This document shows, piece by piece, positions 19,296-30,881 of a stretch of 64,000 nucleotides of DNA. A program made the translations under genes and the position numbers. Under the pieces are notes generated by a model. That model did not search any database. It was not told where the DNA came from and was given only the letters and a program-made list of their open reading frames with translations. The stretch spans positions 1 through 64,000 of the forward strand of contig CAWCKJ010000010.1 of the NCBI GenBank assembly GCA_963796105.1, in the 5' to 3' direction. Source of the stretch: a candidate division FCPU426 bacterium. GTDB taxonomy: Bacteria > Oederibacteriota > Muellerivitia > Muellerivitales > Muellerivitaceae. Position 1 is the first letter of the stretch. Every line of letters begins with the position of its first letter.

Positions 19296-20990
19296 TTATA
19301 TATTTGGACATGAAAAGTCAGTGATCGCTCCATGACTGGCCGAGGATACAAGATGTGAGTATTTGCCTAGAACACCAGTTGAGTATTTACTTTTTGGCGC
19401 TTTCCACTTGGTTTTCCGCTTTTTAAGCTCATTTAAGGAAACTTTTAATTCCAATATTTTTTTTGTCGCGTCAATAGTAATCAAGTCGCCATCCTTGATG
19501 AGCCCAATGGGGCCGCCGACCTGGGCTTCCGGGGAAATATGGCCGACAACCAAGCCATGGCTTCCGCCGGAAAACCTTCCATCCGTGATCAGCCCGATTT
19601 TTTCGATAAGTCCCTGCCCCACCAATGCGGCTGTAATGGACAACATTTCCCTCATTCCAGGGCCGCCTTTAGGGCCTTCGTATCGAATGACCACCGTGTC
19701 TCCTTCCTTGATTCTTCGCTTTTGAACCGCCTCAAAAGCGGCTTCCTCGCTGTTAAACACCCTTGCTGGGCCTGTATGACGAAAAACTTTCAAACCCGAG
19801 ATTTTGGCTACCGCGCCTTCCGGAGCCAAATTACCCCTTAATATCACCATAGGACCCGTTGGATATAAAGGGTTTTTCAAAGGCCGAATAAGATTCTGGT
19901 TCTTTGAAAGAGGGGCAGCCAATTTCAAATTTTCAGCCAAGGTTTTTCCCGTTACAGTCAAACAATCACCAAAAAGAAGTTTGGCGTCCGAAAGCAGTTT
20001 CATGAGGGATGGGATGCCTCCGATTCGGTCCAAATCCGCCGCCACGTAATGTCCGCTGGGCTTCAAGTCAGCTAAATGGGGGACTTTATCGCCGATACGG
20101 TCAAAATCATTGATCGTGAGATCGACGCCGGCAGACTTCGCCATTGCGATCAAATGCAAGACAGCATTGGTAGACCCGCCCAAGGCCATGACAACAGTAA
20201 TAGCGTTGTAAAATGCTTTTTCGGTCATGATGTCCTTAGGGCGGATATTCCTCTTGATGAGTTCCATGATTGCGTTCCCTGCTTTATCGCAGATCAAACG
20301 CTTGGGCTCGCCTACTGCTGGTTGGCAAGAATCATGGGGAAGGGCCATGCCTAGGGCCTCGATTGCGGAAGCCATGGTATTTGCCGTATACATGCCTCCG
20401 CAAGAACCTGGGCCTGGGCACGCGTTGCATTCGATCTCATTCAACTTCTCTTTGGTGATCTGTCCCGCGTTATATTGGCCGACAGCCTCAAACACGGAAA
20501 CAATATCGATATCCCGGCCCCCCAATTTTCCTGGCAGAATGGTTCCGCCATAAATAAAAAGGGATGGTATGTTCAAACGGGCCATGCCCATCAGAGCTCC
20601 GGGCATATTTTTGTCACAGCCGCCTATGGCTACCAGGCCATCGAAGCGTTCTGCTGAAGCCACAACTTCAATAGAATCGGCGATCACTTCTCTGGAAACA
20701 AGAGAGAATTTCATACCTTCGTGGCCCATCGCAATACCGTCGGCCACAGTGATGGTTCCAAATGTTTGTCCCATGCCCCGATTGGTTTGGATTCCCTGCT
20801 TGACCCTTTCCGCCAATTCGTTGAGGTGGATATTACAAGGAGTTACCTCGCTCCAGGCTGAAGCAATGCCGACTATCGGCTTATTGAAATCCTCATCCTT
20901 GAACCCCACCGCGCGCAGCATGGCCCGATTTGGGGCTCTTTGATACCCATCCGTCATTATTGCGGATTGATTTTTTAGTTTGTTTTTCAA
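19296..20990 (-). CDS. ilvD: Dihydroxy-acid dehydratase
   Basis: [57 protein letters not shown] start at 20990 preferred, 21050 possible. Confidence 0.95.
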   Translation of the reverse strand: MKNKLKNQSAIMTDGYQRAPNRAMLRAVGFKDEDFNKPIVGIASAWSEVTPCNIHLNELAERVKQGIQTNRGMGQTFGTITVADGIAMGHEGMKFSLVSREVIADSIEVVASAERFDGLVAIGGCDKNMPGALMGMARLNIPSLFIYGGTILPGKLGGRDIDIVSVFEAVGQYNAGQITKEKLNEIECNACPGPGSCGGMYTANTMASAIEALGMALPHDSCQPAVGEPKRLICDKAGNAIMELIKRNIRPKDIMTEKAFYNAITVVMALGGSTNAVLHLIAMAKSAGVDLTINDFDRIGDKVPHLADLKPSGHYVAADLDRIGGIPSLMKLLSDAKLLFGDCLTVTGKTLAENLKLAAPLSKNQNLIRPLKNPLYPTGPMVILRGNLAPEGAVAKISGLKVFRHTGPARVFNSEEAAFEAVQKRRIKEGDTVVIRYEGPKGGPGMREMLSITAALVGQGLIEKIGLITDGRFSGGSHGLVVGHISPEAQVGGPIGLIKDGDLITIDATKKILELKVSLNELKKRKTKWKAPKSKYSTGVLGKYSHLVSSASHGAITDFSCPNI

Positions 20991-21046
20991 GGGAATGCCT
21001 TTCGAAAAAGGATGAGAGGCATTGTAGCGGCTTAAAAGGAGATACT

Positions 21047-23458
21047 TCAAGCCAACTTAAGGCGGAAAAGGTGGAAAATCAGCCATCCGCACATAATGAA
21101 TAAAAGAAAAAATCCGAGGCGCAGGCCCGAAGGTTGGTAGGAAAGAGTCACTCGGTTCTCCCCCGAAACCAGCGGAATGGAAGTCAAAACCAAATCGCAG
21201 CGGATTGGATCCGTTTTCTTTCCGTTGATCCACGCCTTCCATGCCGGAAGGAATGTTTTCTGAAGAATTAAAAGGCATGGATGATCGGTCGTGACATTCA
21301 AGGACAATTGGGTTTCGTCCCATTTGAGGATTTTGGGAATCGGCGGGGATTTCGATTTTAAAGATGATTTGCCGGTAAAACTTATCGGAGACTCCAATAC
21401 GGCATCCTGAGATGGTTTGAAGCCGGGTTTTTCTAAACCGCTTAGGGATCCAGGCCAGGTTTGGACAATGTATTGGTCCACGATATGGGCTCTCGGCATT
21501 ACCCCGGGCAGGCGATAAACATAGGGGTAACTATTTCGGATTAATTCGAACGGAGATGAAAAATCCCCTGGTGTATCCGTTACGACCTGATCTAATCCCA
21601 GGATTCTCATGAGATTCGTATTGCGGGTGAAACCTTTCGGATCCCGATCCTTATAGACCCAGGAAAACCAGCCTAAATCCGCGGAAATTTGCGCGTAACG
21701 GTTCAAAGGCGGGTTCACCACCATCGCCAAGTTGGGATAGTTGAAAGAAAAATTCATATTTGGAAAAGCCATTTCACCATATTGTGGTGGCAATGGGGAG
21801 GGATTGCCCCTGATAAATACCAGGGATCGATTCTGGGGAGGGAAAAATTTGGGCGGGGAAATGTCCGATGGCTTGAAGAAAGACTGACCTAATGGCATCC
21901 GAAAGACAAACAGGTCGAGTAACACCAGTGACAATAGGAATGCTTTCTGAAATTTGAGGTTCCATGATTTTCGGTTCCAAACCGTGGCCGTTAAACCGGC
22001 GAGAAAAAGAAATGGAAAAAAGACCCGGGAATGCCGCAGGTCCAAGTTGAAGGCTATCGCTTCCAGTTTCTCCGGCAATCGACTCATATAGGCGGAAAGG
22101 GGCTGGCTGTGCAAGGAATCACCCATAAGGATATGGCTTATGACCCATGCTCCCGAGGATTCCAAAAGGGGACGGCCCCATTTCAGCATGACCCATCCAG
22201 TCAATAACAGCCCCAATAGGCAGGTCCAGAGAAAAAAGCAAAGTTTTCTTCCCAACCAGTAAAGATAATCATCCTTGAACCAAGACTGCCATCCCCAGGC
22301 GGCGCCAGCGCCCAGCGCCCAATTCGCGAGAAACCAATATCTTGCTGGATCCCTGAAAAATGAAAAAACCGGAATGGTTTGAAGAAGGGGGTAAATCACA
22401 AAAAACTTGCCGAATGACATCAAGACGCCGAAAAGGGCAGTCCATCCAAGCCAACGGCGGCGTCCATCCCTGCTGAAGAAAAACAATAATATGAAGAAGA
22501 GGCCGGCGATAGAAAAAGTAACCTGCATTTCAGTGAACTGGTATTGCCACCAATAGTCCGAATTGGATCGATCATACTGGTATTTCCCGAAAAACCAGGG
22601 AAAGAACAGGGTAATAAAATTCAAGGGAGTCCAGGAATGGAAAAAACGGTCTGCCTCACCCCATTGAAAATGGAAGCCATCAACAGATAGGGTCTCAGCT
22701 AGATGCAGGATCAACGGGGAGGAGAAAAGCAGTGCGCATAACCCCATCCAAGACAGGTTAGCCCAACGGCGGGAAAAGGTTCCATGGAAAGGGCTAAGAA
22801 AAGCCCAAAAGATGAAAAATAGGCACTCCAAGAAAACCACCTGCGGGTGGCCGGACAAGAGATTCAGGGCCATGAATAGGCTGGACAGTAATATCCAGGT
22901 AAACCTTCGGCCTTTCAAGCTCCGCAATAATGACAAAAAGGAATAGGGGAAGAAGGCGTGAGCCCAGCTAACATTTAAATGGTCAAGCTGGGCCATTTGA
23001 TGACCGTTAAAAGTGTAAAGGAATGCCAATAGCAAGGAGGCGGAACGAGTCAGCTGGAATTCCCGGCCCAGCGCGTAAGCGCCGAAAAGATAAAACGCCG
23101 TGGGACAAACGACCCATAAATTAAAATCCGTCACCAGAGGCACGTGGTTGAAAATCCAGGTTGCGGGCGACAATACACCCATCAGTGCGAGCGCCGCGAC
23201 CGGCGCCCCATGATAAGCCATATCGGAAATGAGAGGCAGGCGGTTTTGGTTTAAATGCTGTTGCACCCAGTTGAATAGGGGATAATAAAGGAATGACATG
23301 TCCAGGGAGAGAAAAACCTTAGAATTGAATTGATGCCAGTCCTTGTAAAACAGAACGAACGCAAAAGCCAAAAGCAAAAGAGCCGGCGCGTTTCTCTTTA
23401 AACTACTTTTCGGGCCTTGAACGGCCGGCTCAGGGTTTTTGGGGCGCATTATTCTCAA
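21047..23458 (-). CDS. YfhO-like polytopic membrane glycosyltransferase (GT-C)
   Basis: Many TM segments, acidic residue after TM1 (SLDMS), GHPQ, FRDPAR, C-terminal PAWKAWING...VTLSYQP. Confidence 0.8.
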   Translation of the reverse strand: MRIMRPKNPEPAVQGPKSSLKRNAPALLLLAFAFVLFYKDWHQFNSKVFLSLDMSFLYYPLFNWVQQHLNQNRLPLISDMAYHGAPVAALALMGVLSPATWIFNHVPLVTDFNLWVVCPTAFYLFGAYALGREFQLTRSASLLLAFLYTFNGHQMAQLDHLNVSWAHAFFPYSFLSLLRSLKGRRFTWILLSSLFMALNLLSGHPQVVFLECLFFIFWAFLSPFHGTFSRRWANLSWMGLCALLFSSPLILHLAETLSVDGFHFQWGEADRFFHSWTPLNFITLFFPWFFGKYQYDRSNSDYWWQYQFTEMQVTFSIAGLFFILLFFFSRDGRRRWLGWTALFGVLMSFGKFFVIYPLLQTIPVFSFFRDPARYWFLANWALGAGAAWGWQSWFKDDYLYWLGRKLCFFLWTCLLGLLLTGWVMLKWGRPLLESSGAWVISHILMGDSLHSQPLSAYMSRLPEKLEAIAFNLDLRHSRVFFPFLFLAGLTATVWNRKSWNLKFQKAFLLSLVLLDLFVFRMPLGQSFFKPSDISPPKFFPPQNRSLVFIRGNPSPLPPQYGEMAFPNMNFSFNYPNLAMVVNPPLNRYAQISADLGWFSWVYKDRDPKGFTRNTNLMRILGLDQVVTDTPGDFSSPFELIRNSYPYVYRLPGVMPRAHIVDQYIVQTWPGSLSGLEKPGFKPSQDAVLESPISFTGKSSLKSKSPPIPKILKWDETQLSLNVTTDHPCLLILQKTFLPAWKAWINGKKTDPIRCDLVLTSIPLVSGENRVTLSYQPSGLRLGFFLLFIMCGWLIFHLFRLKLA

Positions 23459-24326
23459 GAATATTCAAGAGCTCCCCCATTATCGTGCCTGCGCAAATTT
23501 CCTCAACCGGTCCCCGCATGGACAAGTCGTAATTCTCGCCGACCATAATGGATAGGTCTCCGCCAGGCATGTGGATGGTTAAATCGCGTCCTGTCCGGTT
23601 GGTTTTTACGCATGCGGCCGCGACGGCGCAGGAAGATGACCCGGATGCCATGGTGTAACCCGCTCCTCTTTCCCAAATGCGAACCGATACCTCCCGGTGG
23701 TTATCGACCTTGGCGAACTGCACATTGCTGCGATTGGGGAACTGAGGATGGTGTTCCAGTAGGGAACCTAACTTATAAATTTCTTTCTCCGCGGTCCTTA
23801 TGTCATCAAAAAAGACAACGCAATGAGGATTGCCGACCGTCACGCAGGTAACTCTCATATCCCCGCCGTTTTTTCCCACCTTCAAGGTTTTTTCTACGAC
23901 CTCTCCATCAAAGCCTAAAACAGGTATTGCTTTTGAGTCAAATGAGGCTTTTCCCATTTCGACAGTAACCGATCCGGCCTTGCCGGCAGATAGATGGAGT
24001 CGGGTTTGCACAACTCCACCGGCGGTTACGATTTCAAATGAGTTTTTTTGGGTATAACCATGCTCATAAAGGAATTTGCTGAAAATGCGAAGGCCGTTCC
24101 CGCTTTTCTCCGCCTCGCTACCATCGGGGTTATAAATGCGAAGTTTTGCCTGGCTGGGGGTGGATTTTTCCAAGGCCAGAATGCCGTCAGACCCTATACC
24201 GATATGACGGTCGCAGATTCTGACGATGTTCAGCGGAGTCAGCTTGAATGAAAGAACAGCGGGATCCATGACAAGATAGTCGTTTCCCAGGCCGTGTGAT
24301 CTTATAAACTGATTCTTTGAAAGCAT
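23430..24326 (-). CDS. dapF: Diaminopimelate epimerase
   Basis: HGLGNDY, GIGSDG, YNPDGSEAEKSGNG, GNPHCV, WERGAG; both usual catalytic Cys positions read Ser (EKSGNG, TMASGS). Confidence 0.85.
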   Translation of the reverse strand: MLSKNQFIRSHGLGNDYLVMDPAVLSFKLTPLNIVRICDRHIGIGSDGILALEKSTPSQAKLRIYNPDGSEAEKSGNGLRIFSKFLYEHGYTQKNSFEIVTAGGVVQTRLHLSAGKAGSVTVEMGKASFDSKAIPVLGFDGEVVEKTLKVGKNGGDMRVTCVTVGNPHCVVFFDDIRTAEKEIYKLGSLLEHHPQFPNRSNVQFAKVDNHREVSVRIWERGAGYTMASGSSSCAVAAACVKTNRTGRDLTIHMPGGDLSIMVGENYDLSMRGPVEEICAGTIMGELLNILENNAPQKP

Positions 24327-24409
24327 GTGGATCCTTGGCGGGCTTTATGAATCTATACCCTAATACGGCTGCATTTCATTATATGTAAATTCAAGAATAT
24401 ATTCCGGTC

Positions 24410-25273
24410 TCAACGCCCTTTTGAACAGAGTAAATTCGTGTAATCATCGGTTTCAGTGTTGAAACGAACGAGCAAACTTTCCGAAGTAGTGGGTTTAATT
24501 GACCCCTCTTTTTCAGATATTTCTGAAATTTTGAAACCCAACTTCAGCAGGGTGGAAAGAAATAGGCCGGGATCACTGCCACATTTCTTGAGATTTTTCC
24601 CGCAAAACTCAGCGATTAGCGTGAGCCGACGGTTGGCCTTCACCAGTTTTCTCATTCCCTCCAGAGCCTTGGCTTCGGCGCCCTGAATATCCATTTTAAT
24701 GAAATGAACACGCTTGTCTAATTTTTCGAAATAATCATCCAGGGACGTGGCGAGTATGGCTATGGATTCTCGCTGATCTTCGGAATCGTAAATTCGGTGG
24801 TCGCCGTAGTTTGTTTTGCTCCGATAAAGCCTAGCGCTGGAGGGATGGTCGGAAACGGCGAAATTGGTCAGAACGACATTCAAATAACCGTTTTGCTGGA
24901 TGTTTTTCTCGAGGAGACGAAAGTTGTCGGGATCTGGCTCAAAAGCATAAACTTTTCCCCGAGACCCCACTTGACGGGCAGAAAGGAGGCTGTAATAACC
25001 GATATTGGCGCCTATATCGATGAAAACAGAATTTTTCTTCAAATGTTTTTTCAAGAATTCAGTTTCAGTCGGCTCGTAGAATTCATTAGTTGCCAGTTCT
25101 AAAACGTCCTTGTCATCTAGCCACATCAAGTGCCCCTGGACCCTGACGAAAGGGGGCCTGAATAAGGAATAAGCCAGATTGTAAATCCGGCGAATCGGCT
25201 TCACCCTTCCCAGGCCTGTTCCGCTAAAAAAGCTTGCAATTCGTTTCAAGCTTGCAAGAAGGGGATTACGCAT
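24410..25273 (-). CDS. FkbM-family methyltransferase
   Basis: FIDIGANIGYYS, YAFEP, FIKMDIQGAE. Confidence 0.9.
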   Translation of the reverse strand: MRNPLLASLKRIASFFSGTGLGRVKPIRRIYNLAYSLFRPPFVRVQGHLMWLDDKDVLELATNEFYEPTETEFLKKHLKKNSVFIDIGANIGYYSLLSARQVGSRGKVYAFEPDPDNFRLLEKNIQQNGYLNVVLTNFAVSDHPSSARLYRSKTNYGDHRIYDSEDQRESIAILATSLDDYFEKLDKRVHFIKMDIQGAEAKALEGMRKLVKANRRLTLIAEFCGKNLKKCGSDPGLFLSTLLKLGFKISEISEKEGSIKPTTSESLLVRFNTETDDYTNLLCSKGR

Positions 25274-27548
25274 TTGACAACCTTTTCTGATATCTCACGG
25301 AGATAAAAAAACCCAGGAAAGTAACCGCCAGCCAAAGAAACAACCCGGTTTGAATGGGCCGCCACCAACGCGGCTCGAATCTGAAATCAACCAGGTGTCT
25401 GCCGGCTTTTAGAAATACCGCCCGAAGAGAATGGTCTGCGGTCAAGAGGGGGGCGGATTGACCGTCAACATAAGCTTTCCAGCCAGGAAACATGGTTTCG
25501 GAAAACACGGCAATATTTTCACGACTTAACTCGACCGAAAACCTTTGCGCGTCCGGATCGTCTCGAAGCAATTGCCATCGGAAGCGAATGGGGCTGCCAG
25601 GTTTATACGCCTCAAAATTCTCAAAAGTTGCTGGCTCGGAGAGAACAACCAATTTGGTAGGGTCGAAATCCGGGTTCTCCATCAAGGCTATTCGGCGGAG
25701 GGGATCCTTCATAACCTGGAGATGCTCAGGAACGAAAATGTAGGAAAGAGGACGTCGTGATTCATAAAGGCAGAAATTCGAAAAGTTTTTTTGCGTGAAA
25801 CCGGGAATGGGATGTCCCGGCTGGGCCAGGATGCCACTAATAGCTCCGACCTGGATCATGCTTTCCAACGAAAGCGACAGGATATCCCGCTTTGTTTGCA
25901 GCATGAGGGGATTGTAACCCCCGTAATTTTTTATTTTCAGGGCACAACTGTCATTCTGGGGATAATTCACTATCAAATGTTTACCGGATATCTGGATGGG
26001 ATAATACATCTCGGTATTAAAAAAAACGACGCGGTAAGGTTTCAAGCGCTCGACCTCCTCAGCGAGAGGCTTGGAATTTTCGGCAAAATTGAAATTGGAG
26101 GCTGGTCCCGGGATGAAATTCGACCAACCATTTAAAAGCAGGGGAATCATCAAGGAGGCTTGAAAGAAAATGGAGCCAATGTTTTTCCAACGATTCTGGG
26201 TACCCCAAAGAAAGGCCGCAAGAACACCTATCACTAAACCGATGATTTCCCTCCAGTTTTGATGGGGCTTGAAAAGGGCGGCGAAGTAAAGAAGGACTGA
26301 GAAAAACAAAAGATTTTTAAGCCTGGTATTTGACTCGGCATGCAAAAGAGTATCCAAACCGAAGGCGGCCATCGCGGATGCCGCCAGCACGTACAGATAA
26401 AGAAAGCGGTAGGGAACCCGAATGATGGAAAAGCCAGGCAGGACGGCGCATGCGAACCGATGAACGGGCAAATACCGGCCAAAACAAACAGCCAAGGATG
26501 CCAATAAGAACAAGAATAAGAACCAAATAATATTACGCTCGCGGGATCTGAAGGCTGCTACAACCAATAAAGGCACCCAAACGCCTAAATAACCCAGATT
26601 GGCGGCGAAATGCGTATCGTTATCGGTGTTTCCGAATTGAATCGCCTCGGCCATTGTTTTGCCGGGCGGAAGAGTGAAACGCGGAAAAAGAAACTGGTAG
26701 ATAGTGGAAGGGTTTAAGGGGAGTTTGGAGTTGGATTGTTCATAGGTTTGGTTGGGGGCCCCCCGTTCACAAAGACTGGAAAACTCAAAAGTGGGGATAA
26801 ATTGAGCCAACAATGGCAACGATCCCCAGATCAAAAGGAATCCGACCATAAGAAAAGTCTTAAGAGGCTTCGCCAGGACTTCCGCTTCTCTTGAACGCGC
26901 GAAATACCAAATCCGAAAAATGAAATAGACCAATGCCCCGTAGAATGCTCCGATGGTTACCTGGATACTCCCGCATAAAAAAAGCATGGCAAAGGCAAAG
27001 CCTGAGTAGAAAGCGTGCCTGGGACGAAGGGATTGGGATAGATTTTCAAGACCCGCGAAAAGCCAAGGAAGCCAGGCGAAAGCCGCGATTACCGGGGGAT
27101 GAATCAATTCCAGCCAGAAAAAATTAGAGAGAGAAAAAAGAAGGGCTCCCGTACGGGAAGCTGGGCTTGAAAGCCCCAACAGCCTCAGCCATAGATGCAT
27201 GCCGAGCGCGGCCCAAAACATATGTATCAAAAAAAACATGCTCAATCCATATGGAATGGAGAAGGAAAGGGTCAACCAGTTGAACGGATAAAGCATCATG
27301 TTCTGAAGATCCGCGAAAAAGGGTTGGCCTCCCAGCAGATATGGGTTCCATAGGGGGAAATGACCCTGCGTCAACTGATCTTTCAAAAATGCGCGCCAAG
27401 GGCCAAATTGGGCTAACAGGTCGTTGTCAAAGTATGCCAGTCCACCCAAAACACACCGTCCGAAAGCCAAAAGCGAGAATGCGCCAAAAAGGAGAAAGTC
27501 GTATTTTGAGATTAAGGCGGAAATTGGAAGTTCCCGTGAATTACGCAT
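25266..27548 (-). CDS. YfhO-like GT-C membrane glycosyltransferase
   Basis: YFDNDL, PLWNPYLLGGQPFFAD, RVPYRF, FPGWKAYVDG. Confidence 0.85.
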   Translation of the reverse strand: MRNSRELPISALISKYDFLLFGAFSLLAFGRCVLGGLAYFDNDLLAQFGPWRAFLKDQLTQGHFPLWNPYLLGGQPFFADLQNMMLYPFNWLTLSFSIPYGLSMFFLIHMFWAALGMHLWLRLLGLSSPASRTGALLFSLSNFFWLELIHPPVIAAFAWLPWLFAGLENLSQSLRPRHAFYSGFAFAMLFLCGSIQVTIGAFYGALVYFIFRIWYFARSREAEVLAKPLKTFLMVGFLLIWGSLPLLAQFIPTFEFSSLCERGAPNQTYEQSNSKLPLNPSTIYQFLFPRFTLPPGKTMAEAIQFGNTDNDTHFAANLGYLGVWVPLLVVAAFRSRERNIIWFLFLFLLASLAVCFGRYLPVHRFACAVLPGFSIIRVPYRFLYLYVLAASAMAAFGLDTLLHAESNTRLKNLLFFSVLLYFAALFKPHQNWREIIGLVIGVLAAFLWGTQNRWKNIGSIFFQASLMIPLLLNGWSNFIPGPASNFNFAENSKPLAEEVERLKPYRVVFFNTEMYYPIQISGKHLIVNYPQNDSCALKIKNYGGYNPLMLQTKRDILSLSLESMIQVGAISGILAQPGHPIPGFTQKNFSNFCLYESRRPLSYIFVPEHLQVMKDPLRRIALMENPDFDPTKLVVLSEPATFENFEAYKPGSPIRFRWQLLRDDPDAQRFSVELSRENIAVFSETMFPGWKAYVDGQSAPLLTADHSLRAVFLKAGRHLVDFRFEPRWWRPIQTGLFLWLAVTFLGFFISVRYQKRLSNA

Positions 27549-29847
27549 GTGCCGGGGAGACCGAAGGATCCTGTTTTTTCCTCGATAGGTAAAAAATGAA
27601 AATGAATGCGGAAATCAACCAACTGAGCAATCCAATCAAGAGGGGTTTGGCCCAAGAGGGTTCATATTTGAATTCGACCTTATGATTTCCCGAGGACGCG
27701 AAGAGGGCGCGAAACGAATGGTCCGCGGTGAAAAGCTCCGTGGGTTTTCCATCGACCCATACTTTCCAGCCAGGAAAGGCTATTTCCGAAAACACCAGCA
27801 AGCTGTTAAGCTCCAGTTGAATTTCAAAAACCTGTTCATCCGGATCGTCCTTCTCTAACTGGTATTTCAAACCGGATTTTTTTCCTGGAAGTTGGGAAAG
27901 AATGGATGAAGGAAGGGACTCGGAAAGAACCACCTCGTCTTTTGGCTGAAATCGAGGATTTCCCATGGCTTTCAGCCTTTCCTTCCCGTCCGGGATCACC
28001 TGGATTTGGTAAGGGGTTTTCACGAATTCCGGCGCCTCCATGAATTCGTATAAATGCAGCGTGTCGAAGCTTTGATGCGTAAATCCCTTTTGCTCGCCCG
28101 CGTATTGACCGGTTAAAATTCCCCGGACGCCCATCAATTGGACATAGGTATTTTGCGGTAATTTTTTCAGATCGGACGATTTCTTTAAAAGAAGCGGATT
28201 GTAACCGGCGGTCGTACGGAACCTGAATACATCCGCGGAATTCTCGGGAAGGTATTGATTGAATGATTTCCCGTTTTCCGTGAGGGGGTAGGAAATATCC
28301 TGGCTATTGATGAAAAACCGGGCATCCGGAAATGTTTTGCCGAGTAATTCAAGGCTCGGAAATCTCGAGTTGTAATCGAAATTGGAAGAGGGACCTGTTC
28401 CGAAGTCGTTCCAAGCTGTCAAAAATAACGGAAGAATCAAAGCCGCCTGGAACAAAATCTTCCCGACTTTTTGCCAGGTTGTAGTTCCACCCCAAAGGAA
28501 AATCCCCGTGAATCCTATCCCGAGTCCCAATATTTCCCGCCAGGTTTGACTCGGCTGAATCAGGGAAACAACCCCTAAAAGACCAACATAACCGACTGCG
28601 CCCAAAAGCAAGGAAAAAGGTTTCCGCTTTTCCTCCGCGAAAAGCCGGTCCAACATTTGATACCCATAGGCGGCCAATACACAAACGGAAACCACGTAAA
28701 TATCAATGAATCGGAATGAAGCCCGGCTGAGATTGATTCCGGGGAGAATCAGGCAAAGGAGCCGGTGAAGGGGAAAAAACCTTCCCCATGCCGTCAGAAC
28801 CGATAAACTTGCGCATATTAAGAGAAATATGGCGAATTTTCTTTCCCTGTGTTTGAACGCGAAATAAACCAGAAAGGGTATCCAAACGCCCAGGAAGCCG
28901 TAATCCCCCATGAGGGCGTTGCAATAATACTGGGTGTCCGTAATTTCTTGATTGGCCATTTCAGGGGTTTTTCCCTCTGGAATTCCCAATGAGGGAAACA
29001 AAAACTCATAGGTTGTCTTGGGAATCATGCAAAAGGTGCCGTTGAAATTATCGTAAGTTTGATCGGAAGTTCTCCGGGTGGAGTAGCTTGAAAACTCGTT
29101 GGCCGGGATCAAGCATCCTAATAAGGGAAAACTTCCCCAAAGGCAAAATAAGGCGATCAATGTTATTTTTTTTAGAGAAAGCCGGTTTCTCCAAAGGGAC
29201 TCAAGCTGAGACCAGTGTGTGAATCTAAAGATGAAGTACAAGAGCCCGCCGTAGGCCGCGGTGGAGGTGATTTGGAAATTACCGCAGCAAAAAATCATCG
29301 AAAAACAAAGTCCGGCGACAAAGGCCTGCCGGGTTTTCCAATCCCGGCTTAAATTCTCAAGGCAAAGCAAAAACCAGGGCAGCCAAGCCAGGGACGCGAT
29401 AATGGTCGGATGGATCATTTCCCACCAGAAATCGCCGGAAAGGGAATACATAATCGCGCCAATTCTGCACGCGGTTTCCGAAAGTCTCAGGGATTTTAAT
29501 AAGAAATGCATGCCCAGGGCGGCCCAAAGCATATGCAGAAAAAAGAAAACGGTGAAACCAAAAGGGATGGAAAAGGGAAGGGTCAGGTAATTGAAAGGAT
29601 AAAGCATCATGTTTTGAAGGTCGGCGAAAAAGGGCTGTCCGCCCAAAAGGTAGGGATTCCAAAGAGGGAAATGCCCATCCGCCAATTCGTCCTTTAGAAA
29701 AATCCTCCAAGGCCCGAATTGGTAGAGGAGATCATTTTGGAAGTAGGCCTGTTTGAAAAGCAAGCAAGGCATGAAGGCGATGAAGGCCATAGCGGCGTAC
29801 AAAAGAACGGAGTTTCCCGTTTTCCGGATTGAAGGAATGGGGATCAT
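27541..29847 (-). CDS. YfhO-like GT-C membrane glycosyltransferase
   Basis: YFQNDL, PLWNPYLLGGQPFFAD, FPGWKVWVDG; paralog of the neighbouring gene. Confidence 0.85.
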   Translation of the reverse strand: MIPIPSIRKTGNSVLLYAAMAFIAFMPCLLFKQAYFQNDLLYQFGPWRIFLKDELADGHFPLWNPYLLGGQPFFADLQNMMLYPFNYLTLPFSIPFGFTVFFFLHMLWAALGMHFLLKSLRLSETACRIGAIMYSLSGDFWWEMIHPTIIASLAWLPWFLLCLENLSRDWKTRQAFVAGLCFSMIFCCGNFQITSTAAYGGLLYFIFRFTHWSQLESLWRNRLSLKKITLIALFCLWGSFPLLGCLIPANEFSSYSTRRTSDQTYDNFNGTFCMIPKTTYEFLFPSLGIPEGKTPEMANQEITDTQYYCNALMGDYGFLGVWIPFLVYFAFKHRERKFAIFLLICASLSVLTAWGRFFPLHRLLCLILPGINLSRASFRFIDIYVVSVCVLAAYGYQMLDRLFAEEKRKPFSLLLGAVGYVGLLGVVSLIQPSQTWREILGLGIGFTGIFLWGGTTTWQKVGKILFQAALILPLFLTAWNDFGTGPSSNFDYNSRFPSLELLGKTFPDARFFINSQDISYPLTENGKSFNQYLPENSADVFRFRTTAGYNPLLLKKSSDLKKLPQNTYVQLMGVRGILTGQYAGEQKGFTHQSFDTLHLYEFMEAPEFVKTPYQIQVIPDGKERLKAMGNPRFQPKDEVVLSESLPSSILSQLPGKKSGLKYQLEKDDPDEQVFEIQLELNSLLVFSEIAFPGWKVWVDGKPTELFTADHSFRALFASSGNHKVEFKYEPSWAKPLLIGLLSWLISAFIFIFYLSRKKQDPSVSPAHA

Positions 29848-30881
29848 TTTTTTGATGGACCCTTCTTATGGGGGATGGGGAAAAGCCGGTATGCCTTGTT
29901 GGCGAAACGGGCCGTGTAGATTCGGACTTCCATGGGGCGTTGTTGGTTATTTGAAAAAAAACCGATTATCAAACCAAATCCGTAAAAGGAATGCCGCAAT
30001 AAAATCAAGGCTGGAACCTTGAGCAAATCCGTCCAATGGCGGTTCCAGGATAAAGCGGAAGCGCCGGTTCCGAAGGCTAAGAGGAAGAATAACGCCAGGG
30101 GAATGGGCCATAGATTCGATTGAAACAGAGGAAGCAATATATGAGGCGTTATTCCGGGGAATAAAAGCGAATCAAAACTCAAAAGGTAAAAAAGGAAAAA
30201 AACCGGAGCCAAATGGATGACATCAGACAAGCAGGGATAAACTTTCATTTGCTGGGCCCTTCCCTTTCCGTAACGGAAAGCTTGATGGCAGAAAGCGATA
30301 AGGGTTTTCCGGCGGGACCTGTAAATGGCCCCTCCTGGGTCGTATATCAAGCGGTGGCCGAAATGAAGCAAACGGTTCAAGAATTCGTTCTCCTCATTCG
30401 GGTAAAGGTCCGTTCGGAACCCTTTTTCTTTAAGGAAAATATCACGCCGGACCATCATGTTGCAGAGGATTAAATCTTTCTCGGTGGCTTCCTTGACCGA
30501 TCCCTTTGAAGTGTAGCGGTTGCGGACGCTGAAACTTCCCAGCCAGGATGCGATCACCGCATCCACCGTCCGCTCAAAGGGGGCCGCGTTGGGAGGAAGC
30601 AGATTCGGACCGCCGGCAACCGCTGTTCGGTTGTCCTCGAAATGGGATAAAAGCTTATGAACGGTTCCTGGGATGACAACGCTGTCATCATCGAGGAAAT
30701 AAACCATATCCGAAGAGCACCGCTCTACCCCCAGGTTTCTTTGGAGGGATGGATTTTTTCCGACACAGGCCAGGATCTCCGCAGGTCTTTCCTGCGGAGG
30801 AAGCCCGGCGAGTCCCCTCAAAACCGGCAATTCCTTGTCCGTGCGGTCCACCGCTATGACGACGCTATACCGGGAGATCAT
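29844..30881 (-). CDS. GT2 glycosyltransferase with C-terminal TM helices
   Basis: QRNLG, FLDDD, YPNEENE, QAFRYGKGR, hydrophobic C-terminus. Confidence 0.85.
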   Translation of the reverse strand: MISRYSVVIAVDRTDKELPVLRGLAGLPPQERPAEILACVGKNPSLQRNLGVERCSSDMVYFLDDDSVVIPGTVHKLLSHFEDNRTAVAGGPNLLPPNAAPFERTVDAVIASWLGSFSVRNRYTSKGSVKEATEKDLILCNMMVRRDIFLKEKGFRTDLYPNEENEFLNRLLHFGHRLIYDPGGAIYRSRRKTLIAFCHQAFRYGKGRAQQMKVYPCLSDVIHLAPVFFLFYLLSFDSLLFPGITPHILLPLFQSNLWPIPLALFFLLAFGTGASALSWNRHWTDLLKVPALILLRHSFYGFGLIIGFFSNNQQRPMEVRIYTARFANKAYRLFPIPHKKGPSKK

